DNA of 47,713 nucleotides from a virus (lineage: Duplodnaviria; Heunggongvirae; Uroviricota; Caudoviricetes). Both the position numbers and the translations under genes were made by a program. Shown piece after piece: positions 37,750 through 47,713 of the stretch. The notes beneath the pieces were generated by a model. That model did no database searches. It was not told where the DNA came from and worked only from the letters and a program-made list of their open reading frames with translations. Position 1 is the stretch's first letter; each line of letters begins with the position of its first letter. Where the stretch lies: IMG/VR virus record IMGVR_UViG_2541047774_000010, one strand, 5' to 3'.

Positions 37750-38294
37750 AAACGGGGTCCGAAGCCATCCGGGCGCTGGCCATGCAGATCCCGGCGTTTC
37801 GTCAGAAACTGAGCGACGGCTGGTATCAGGTACGCATTGCCGGGCGTGATGCTGGTGAAACCGAATTGTCTGCCCGTCTTAATGAGCCGCTGGCAAATGG
37901 TGCCGTGATCCACATCGTGCCGCGTCTGGTGGGAGCTAAAAGTGGCGGTGTGTTTCAGGTGGTGCTTGGGGCGGCGCTGATGGCGGTGGCATGGTGGAAC
38001 CCTGTGGGCTGGCTGGGTGCCGCGGCTGTATCGGGCATGTATGCGGCAGGGGCCAGTATGGTCCTGGGCGGAGTGGCGCAGATGCTGGCACCGAAAGCCC
38101 GGACGCCCACAGCGACCAGCACGGATAACGGCAAACAGAACACCTATTTTTCTTCGCTAGATAATATGGTTGCACAGGGTAATTCGCTGCCGGTGCTGTA
38201 TGGCGAAATGCGCGTGGGGTCCCGGGTGGTATCTCAGGAGATCAGCACGGCAGATGAAGGTGATGGTGGTCAGGTTGTGGTGATTGGTCGCTGA
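37647..38294 (+). CDS. I: Tail assembly protein I
   Basis: 215 aa overlapping the end of K; ubiquitin-like N-terminus and Gly/Ala-rich hydrophobic middle, as in lambda I. Confidence 0.85.
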   Translation: MAATHTLPLASPGMARICLYGDLQRFGRRIDLRVKTGSEAIRALAMQIPAFRQKLSDGWYQVRIAGRDAGETELSARLNEPLANGAVIHIVPRLVGAKSGGVFQVVLGAALMAVAWWNPVGWLGAAAVSGMYAAGASMVLGGVAQMLAPKARTPTATSTDNGKQNTYFSSLDNMVAQGNSLPVLYGEMRVGSRVVSQEISTADEGDGGQVVVIGR

Positions 38295-38316
38295 TGAAAA
38301 ACGTTTTATGTGAAAC

Positions 38317-38340
38317 CGCCTCCGGGCGGTTTTGTCGTTT
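38317..38340 (+). terminator. Hairpin between I and J (possible attenuator)
   Basis: CCGCC-TCCG-GGCGG hairpin followed by TTTTGTCGTTT. Confidence 0.35.
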
Positions 38341-38351
38341 ATGGAGCGTGA

Positions 38352-41753
<3,402 letters not shown>

Positions 41754-41770
41754 ATTTTATAACCCATAAC

Positions 41771-41796
41771 GGGCGTCAGAAATGACGCCTTTTTTA
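41771..41796 (+). terminator. Intrinsic terminator after J
   Basis: GGCGTCA-GAAA-TGACGCC hairpin followed by T6. Confidence 0.65.
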
Positions 41797-41819
41797 TTGC
41801 AGAAAAGCGAGAGGTAATT

Positions 41820-42419
41820 ATGCGTAAACTTTATGCCACCATTTTGTCCGCAGCCATCTGTCTGGCCGTATCCGGTGCGCCTGCATGGGCGTCTGAACAT
41901 CAGTCCACGCTGAGCGCGGGCTATCTTCATGCCTCGACGAACGTTTCCGGCAGCGATGATCTGAACGGGATTAACGTGAAATACCGTTATGAGTTTACGG
42001 ACACACTGGGGCTGGTGACGTCATTCAGCTATGCAGGAGACAAGAATCGCCAGCTTACCCGTTACAGCGATACCCGCTGGCATGAAGATTCAGTGCGTAA
42101 CCGCTGGTTCAGCGTGATGGCGGGGCCGTCTGTACGCGTGAATGAATGGTTCAGCGCGTATGCGATGGCGGGTGTGGCTTACAGCCGTGTGTCGACTTTC
42201 TCCGGGGATTATCTCCGCGTAACTGACAACAAGGGGAAAACGCACGATGTGCTGACCGGAAGTGATGACGGTCGCCACAGCAACACGTCTCTGGCGTGGG
42301 GGGCTGGCGTGCAGTTTAACCCGACCGAATCCGTGGCCATTGATATTGCTTATGAAGGCTCCGGCAGTGGTGACTGGCGCACTGACGGTTTCATCGTGGG
42401 TGTCGGTTATAAATTCTGA
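41820..42419 (+). CDS. lom: Lom outer membrane protein (Ail/Lom family moron)
   Basis: 199 aa; signal peptide [24 protein letters not shown]; matches lambda Lom as recalled; flanked by its own terminators. Confidence 0.9.
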   Translation: MRKLYATILSAAICLAVSGAPAWASEHQSTLSAGYLHASTNVSGSDDLNGINVKYRYEFTDTLGLVTSFSYAGDKNRQLTRYSDTRWHEDSVRNRWFSVMAGPSVRVNEWFSAYAMAGVAYSRVSTFSGDYLRVTDNKGKTHDVLTGSDDGRHSNTSLAWGAGVQFNPTESVAIDIAYEGSGSGDWRTDGFIVGVGYKF

Positions 42420-42445
42420 TTAGCCAGGTAACACAGTGTTATGAC

Positions 42446-42472
42446 AGCCCGCCGGTTCAGGCGGGCTTTTTT
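42446..42472 (+). terminator. Intrinsic terminator after lom
   Basis: AGCCCGCC-GGTTCA-GGCGGGCT hairpin followed by T6. Confidence 0.7.
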
Positions 42473-42483
42473 GTGGGGTGAAT

Positions 42484-45400
42484 ATGGCAGTAAAGATTTC
42501 AGGTGTACTGAAAGACGGCACAGGAAAACCGGTACAGAACTGCACAATCCAGCTGAAAGCAAAACGTAACAGTACCACGGTGGTGGTGAACACGCTGGCC
42601 TCAGAAAATCCGGATGAAGCCGGGCGTTACAGTATGGACGTTGAGTACGGTCAGTACAGCGTTATTCTGTTGGTGGAGGGATTCCCGCCGTCACATGCCG
42701 GGACCATCACCGTGTATGAAGATTCTCAACCCGGTACGCTGAATGATTTTCTCGGTGCCATGACGGAGGATGATACCCGTCCGGAGGCACTGCGACGTTT
42801 TGAACTGATGGTGGAAGAGGTGGCGCGTAACGCGTCCGCGGTGGCACAGAACACAGCAGCCGCGAAGAAGTCAGCCAGCAATGCCAGCACATCAGCCCGT
42901 GAGGCGGCAACCCATGCGACTGATGCTGCAGGCTCAGCACGCGCAGCCAGCACGTCAGCCGGACAGGCCGCGTCATCGGCTCAGTCAGCGTCTTCCAGCG
43001 CAGGAACGGCATCAGCAAAGGCCACTGAAGCATCAAAAAGTGCTGCCGCTGCAGAGTCCTCAAAAAGCGCGGCGGCTACCAGTGCCGGTGCGGCGAAAAC
43101 GTCAGAAACGAATGCGGCAGCGTCACAACAATCAGCAGCCACTTCTGCATCCACCGCGACCACGAAAGCGTCAGAAGCAGCCACTTCAGCACGGGATGCG
43201 TCGGCTTCAAAAGAGGCGGCAAAATCATCAGAAACGAACGCAGCCTCGAGCGCCAGCAGCGCAGCTTCCTCGGCAACGGCGGCAGGAAATTCCGCGAAGG
43301 CGGCAAAAACGTCCGAGACGAACGCCAGGTCTTCTGAGACGGCAGCGGGACAGAGCGCCTCAGCTGCGGCAGGCTCAAAAACAGCGGCTGCGTCGTCTGC
43401 CAGTGCCGCGTCAACAAGTGCCGGGCAGGCCTCAGTCAGTGCCACCGCCGCCGGAAAATCGGCAGAAAGCGCCGCATCATCCGCTTCAACAGCCACAACG
43501 AAGGCTGGCGAAGCCACTGAGCAGGCCACGGCAGCAGCGAGGTCAGCTTCCGCAGCGAAGACATCCGAAACGAACGCGAAAGCGTCGGAAACCCGTGCAG
43601 AATCCTCAAAAACGGCAGCGGCATCGTCCGCCAGTTCGGCGGCGTCATCGGCCTCATCGGCGTCTGCTTCAAAAGATGAGGCGACCAGACAGGCGTCAGC
43701 AGCGAAGGGCAGCGCCACGACGGCATCCACGAAGGCGACAGAGGCTGCTGGTAGTGCGACGGCAGCAGCTCAGAGCAAAAGTACGGCGGAATCTGCAGCA
43801 ACGCGCGCTGAGACAGCGGCAAAACGGGCAGAGGATATTGCATCCGCCGTGGCGCTTGAGGATGCGAGCACGACGAAAAAGGGGATAGTACAGCTCAGCA
43901 GTGCGACCAACAGTACGTCTGAAACGCTGGCGGCAACGCCAAAGGCAGTAAAATCAGCCTATGACAATGCAGAGAAACGTCTGCAGAAAGACCAGAACGG
44001 CGCTGATATACCCGATAAGGGACGCTTCCTGAACAACATTAACGCGGTCAGTAAAACAGACTTTGCTGATAAGCGTGGTATGCGTTATGTGCGGGTTAAC
44101 GCTCCTGCAGGTGCAACATCTGGAAAATATTACCCTGTTGTTGTTATGCGTTCTGCTGGCTCAGTAAGCGAACTGGCATCAAGGGTCATTATCACCACGG
44201 CAACGCGAACCGCAGGCGATCCGATGAATAACTGCGAGTTTAACGGATTTGTTATGCCTGGTGGCTGGACTGACAGGGGGCGTTATGCTTATGGAATGTT
44301 CTGGCAATATCAAAACAATGAACGAGCCATCCACTCAATAATGATGAGTAATAAGGGCGATGATTTGCGCTCTGTGTTCTATGTTGATGGCGCTGCTTTC
44401 CCTGTTTTTGCGTTTATCGAAGATGGCCTGTCAATATCCGCACCTGGTGCTGATCTCGTTGTTAATGATACGACCTATAAGTTTGGGGCAACAAATCCAG
44501 CGACTGAATGTATCGCGGCGGACGTTATCCTTGATTTTAAGAGTGGGCGTGGTTTTTATGAGTCTCATTCGTTAATCGTTAACGATAACTTGTCGTGCAA
44601 AAAACTTTTTGCCACAGACGAAATTGTAGCGCGTGGTGGTAATCAGATTCGAATGATAGGTGGGGAGTATGGTGCATTATGGCGTAATGATGGCGCTAAA
44701 ACTTACCTGCTGCTTACCAATCAAGGTGATGTTTATGGTGGCTGGAATACATTAAGACCGTTTGCTATTGATAACGCAACCGGCGAGCTGGTTATTGGAA
44801 CCAAACTGTCCGCAAGTCTGAACGGTAATGCATTAACAGCAACAAAGCTGCAAACGCCAAGACGGGTTTCTGGGGTTGAGTTTGATGGTTCCAAAGATAT
44901 TACTTTAACCGCCGCGCATGTGGCTGCTTTTGCCAGAAGAGCAACGGATACGTATGCCGATGCGGATGGGGGCGTTCCATGGAATGCCGAATCAGGCGCT
45001 TACAATGTCACCCGCTCTGGCGACAGCTATATTCTGGTTAACTTCTATACCGGAGTCGGAAGTTGCCGGACCCTGCAGATGAAGGCGCATTACAGAAATG
45101 GAGGTCTGTTCTACCGTTCCTCAAGAGATGGCTATGGTTTTGAGGAAGACTGGGCAGAAGTTTATACCTCGAAAAATCTTCCACCAGAAAGCTACCCAGT
45201 CGGCGCACCAATCCCGTGGCCATCAGATACCGTTCCGTCTGGTTATGCCCTGATGCAGGGGCAGACTTTTGACAAATCTGCATACCCGAAACTTGCAGCC
45301 GCTTATCCGTCAGGCGTGATCCCTGATATGCGTAGCTGGACGATTAAGGGCAAACCTGCCAGTGGTCGGGCCGTATTGTCTCAGGAACAGGACGGCATTA

Positions 45401-45837
45401 AATCGCACACCCACAGCGCCAGCGCATCCAGTACGGATTTGGGGACGAAAACCACATCGTCGTTTGATTACGGCACTAAATCCACGAATAACACCGGGGC
45501 GCATACGCACAGTGTGAGCGGTACAGCCGCAAGTGCCGGAAACCATACTCATAGTGTCACAGGCGCATCAGCAGTCAGCCAGTGGTCACAAAATGGGTCA
45601 GTACATAAGGTAGTGTCTGCGGCCAGTGTGAATACAAGTGCTGCAGGAGCGCACACTCATAGTGTTAGCGGCACAGCCGCATCTGCAGGTGCTCACGCAC
45701 ATACTGTCGGTATTGGTGCTCATACGCACTCTGTTGCGATTGGCTCACATGGACACACTATCACCGTTAACGCTGCTGGTAACGCGGAAAACACCGTCAA
45801 AAACATCGCATTTAACTACATTGTGAGGCTTGCATAA
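42484..45837 (+). CDS. stf: Side tail fibre protein Stf (repeat-rich shaft, HxH-repeat tip)
   Basis: Start [26 protein letters not shown] as in lambda Stf; long Ala/Ser/Thr repeat shaft; C-terminal run of HTHS/HAHT repeats typical of gp37-like tips. Confidence 0.9.
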   Translation: MAVKISGVLKDGTGKPVQNCTIQLKAKRNSTTVVVNTLASENPDEAGRYSMDVEYGQYSVILLVEGFPPSHAGTITVYEDSQPGTLNDFLGAMTEDDTRPEALRRFELMVEEVARNASAVAQNTAAAKKSASNASTSAREAATHATDAAGSARAASTSAGQAASSAQSASSSAGTASAKATEASKSAAAAESSKSAAATSAGAAKTSETNAAASQQSAATSASTATTKASEAATSARDASASKEAAKSSETNAASSASSAASSATAAGNSAKAAKTSETNARSSETAAGQSASAAAGSKTAAASSASAASTSAGQASVSATAAGKSAESAASSASTATTKAGEATEQATAAARSASAAKTSETNAKASETRAESSKTAAASSASSAASSASSASASKDEATRQASAAKGSATTASTKATEAAGSATAAAQSKSTAESAATRAETAAKRAEDIASAVALEDASTTKKGIVQLSSATNSTSETLAATPKAVKSAYDNAEKRLQKDQNGADIPDKGRFLNNINAVSKTDFADKRGMRYVRVNAPAGATSGKYYPVVVMRSAGSVSELASRVIITTATRTAGDPMNNCEFNGFVMPGGWTDRGRYAYGMFWQYQNNERAIHSIMMSNKGDDLRSVFYVDGAAFPVFAFIEDGLSISAPGADLVVNDTTYKFGATNPATECIAADVILDFKSGRGFYESHSLIVNDNLSCKKLFATDEIVARGGNQIRMIGGEYGALWRNDGAKTYLLLTNQGDVYGGWNTLRPFAIDNATGELVIGTKLSASLNGNALTATKLQTPRRVSGVEFDGSKDITLTAAHVAAFARRATDTYADADGGVPWNAESGAYNVTRSGDSYILVNFYTGVGSCRTLQMKAHYRNGGLFYRSSRDGYGFEEDWAEVYTSKNLPPESYPVGAPIPWPSDTVPSGYALMQGQTFDKSAYPKLAAAYPSGVIPDMRSWTIKGKPASGRAVLSQEQDGIKSHTHSASASSTDLGTKTTSSFDYGTKSTNNTGAHTHSVSGTAASAGNHTHSVTGASAVSQWSQNGSVHKVVSAASVNTSAAGAHTHSVSGTAASAGAHAHTVGIGAHTHSVAIGSHGHTITVNAAGNAENTVKNIAFNYIVRLA
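42840..43850 (+). repeat. Low-complexity Ala/Ser/Thr tandem repeat region inside stf
   Basis: Reiterated units such as AAKTSETNA and ASSAASS in GC-rich DNA; this region generates the spurious ORFs on both strands in the track. Confidence 0.75.
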
Positions 45838-46412
45838 TGGCATTCAGAATGAGTGAACAACCACGGACCATAAAAATTTATAATCTGCTGGCCGGAACTA
45901 ATGAATTTATTGGTGAAGGTGACGCATATATTCCGCCTCATACAGGTCTGCCAGCAAACAGTACCGATATTGCACCGCCAGATATTCCGGCAGGCTTCGT
46001 GGCTGTTTTCAACAGTGATGAGGCATCGTGGCATCTCGTTGAAGACCATCGGGGTAAAACGGTTTATGACGTAGCGTCAGGGGACGCGTTATTTATTTCT
46101 GAACTCGGTCCGTTACCGGAAAATGTTACCTGGTTATCGCCGGAAGGGGAGTTTCAGAAGTGGAACGGCACAGCCTGGGTGAAAGATGCAGAAGCAGAAA
46201 AACTGTTCCGGATCCGGGAGGCGGAAGAAACAAAAAACAGCCTGATGCAGGTAGCCAGTGAGCATATTGCGCCGCTTCAGGATGCTGCAGATCTGGAAAT
46301 TGCAACGGAGGAAGAAATCTCGTTGCTGGAAGCATGGAAAAAGTATCGGGTATTGCTGAACCGTGTTGATACGTCAACTGCACAGGATATTGAATGGCCA
46401 GCACTGCCGTAG
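45837..46412 (+). CDS. tfa: Tail fibre assembly protein Tfa
   Basis: 191 aa, translationally coupled to stf (TAATG); typical Tfa N-terminus ([36 protein letters not shown]). Confidence 0.85.
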   Translation: MAFRMSEQPRTIKIYNLLAGTNEFIGEGDAYIPPHTGLPANSTDIAPPDIPAGFVAVFNSDEASWHLVEDHRGKTVYDVASGDALFISELGPLPENVTWLSPEGEFQKWNGTAWVKDAEAEKLFRIREAEETKNSLMQVASEHIAPLQDAADLEIATEEEISLLEAWKKYRVLLNRVDTSTAQDIEWPALP

Positions 46413-46509
46413 GGTAAAACATATAAATTCTATAATTAGATGTATCTTTCCATTTACGGCAAGGAAGGGGGCTTGGAAGACGTAAAGCATCTCACACCAA
46501 GATTATTTT

Positions 46510-47100
46510 TTATATGTCAGGTGTCTGAAGTTTTGCTTTGGCTCTTAAAATGGTTTGCCGCGAGGTTTTGAATTCCCGGGCAATGGCACTTATACTTACA
46601 CCTGACTTAATCCGTTCGAATACCACCTGTTTCTGTTCTTCATTTAACACAGGTGGTCGACCAAAACGTTTCCCTGCGCCCCGGGCTCTTACTATCCCGG
46701 AATGAGTGCGTTCAAGTAAAAGGTCTCGTTCAAATTCAGCGACTGCTGAAATTACTTGCATCATCATTTTTCCTGTTGGACTGGTCAGGTCAATGCCCCC
46801 CAATGCTAAGCAATGCACTCTGATACCTGTTTCGGTCAGTTGTTCCACTGTTTTCCTGATATCCATTGCATTACAACCAAGGCGATCCAGTTTTGTCACA
46901 ATCAATTGATCACCACATTTCAGGCGAGCAAGCAACCGGTTAAAACCAGGACGCTCACTGGTTGCTGCTGAGCCGCTAATGTGTTCTTCGATTATTTGCT
47001 GAGGTTTGATTTTAAAACCTGCACTTTCGATTTCCCGGCGTTGATTTTCGGTGGTCTGATCCAGCGTTGATATCCGACAGTAAGCAAAAATTCGAGACAT
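46510..47100 (-). CDS. pin: Serine recombinase / DNA invertase, PinQ/PinR-like
   Basis: 196 aa; catalytic Ser in [10 protein letters not shown]-terminal HTH; matches the K-12 prophage invertases PinQ/PinR as recalled. Confidence 0.9.
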
Positions 47101-47479
47101 AGTGAGACTCTATACGAAATTGGTGTACATATCATAATGCATATCCAAAAATTATTTCGCTTATTATTGTACATATTTGTATGTATACGTTCGAAAATAA
47201 ACGAATTCGGATGCAGTCCCGTAATTTTGGTGTAACCAAAAATCGATTTTTTGAAAAATGGCTTTAACTCGGTTTGTTTTTCGAACTCCGGGCGGACTCG
47301 AGGAAGACGAATAATAGTGTTGTATGTTATTTCAACCAGATTTTAAGTTGTTTGGTCGTGGAAAAGTGGAGCAAAATGTTGTTAAAGTGGAAAAATGGTA
47401 AAAAAAGTAGGTTGTTGCGGAATAACGTAGTTGTTGATATTTTTTTAATGCATTGAAAAATTATTTTTCAGGGGGGGTA

Positions 47480-47713
47480 TTACACTTTACCATTTAAATT
47501 TTGGTTGTCTTTAAGAACTGATATCGCTGTTTGTAATAATTCTTTGTTATCCAGCCATGACTTTTTCTTTATGTTTCCTTCAATGTAATCAAGCAATGTT
47601 CTGGTATTGATAGGTCTTCCCTGTTTTGCTACTTCCACGACAGCATCTCCCAGGATAATTCTGACTTCAGGAAGCTGCGCAGGGAACCACTTTAGGGTGT
47701 CTTTTGATTTCAT
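47480..47713 (-). CDS. ydfK: Cold shock-induced small protein YdfK/YnaE-like
   Basis: 77 aa MKSKDTLKWFPAQLPEVRIILGDAVVEVAKQG matches YdfK/YnaE as recalled; the start codon is the last three bases of the window; long AT-rich leader upstream. Confidence 0.8.
   Translation of the reverse strand: MKSKDTLKWFPAQLPEVRIILGDAVVEVAKQGRPINTRTLLDYIEGNIKKKSWLDNKELLQTAISVLKDNQNLNGKV

Noticed and set aside
42707-43888. Several ORFs of 75-335 aa on both strands inside stf
   Set aside because: They fall entirely within the GC-rich Ala/Ser/Thr repeat region of stf and have extreme Arg/Pro/Gln or Ala/Asp compositions; they are repeat-induced open frames.
46552-46585. gix/hix-like crossover site inside the 3' end of pin
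   Set aside because: Only one half-site resembles the Din-family consensus and no inverted partner was found in stf or tfa, so this is insufficient to call a recombination site.

Overview
The window holds the edge of an E. coli-type chromosome (yjjG, then only the first 22 codons of prfC) followed by a lambdoid prophage of about 47 kb that fills the rest of the window. The prophage is integrated inside prfC (junction near 849) with a P4/CP4-57-type tyrosine integrase at attL. Left arm: a strongly AT-rich cargo ORF, an AlpA/Xis-like gene, a CPS-53-like yfdP-yfdQ-yfdR trio, and a structured noncoding stretch with a DicF-like terminator hairpin and OL-like operator repeats. Immunity region: a cI-like repressor with an S24 peptidase domain, divergent cro, and palindromic operators. 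Early right: a CII-position regulator, a small gene split by a G6 tract, Rha, an O-like initiator with an in-gene iteron origin, PerC-like and LexA-DBD-like proteins, RusA, KilA-N, a DUF968 gene whose 3' end is cut by IS4, and a Q-like antiterminator with pR'/tR'. Then a Qin-like lysis and cold-shock block: cspF, cspB, holin, ydfR-like, SAR endolysin, Rz/Rz1, cspI, gnsB-like. An intact IS3 (3-bp duplication AAT) sits just upstream of a lambda-like cos. Lambda-like morphogenesis follows: terminase, W, portal, protease-capsid fusion, FII, Z, U, V, G/GT, H, M, L, K, I, J, the lom moron, Stf/Tfa, then a pinQ-like invertase and ydfK. No tRNA, rRNA or CRISPR array was seen. The best candidate for something undescribed is the AT-rich 377-aa ORF next to the integrase. 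All calls come from reading the sequence and the ORF track against recalled protein families; no database search or computation was run, and coordinates of RNA and regulatory elements are hand-counted.
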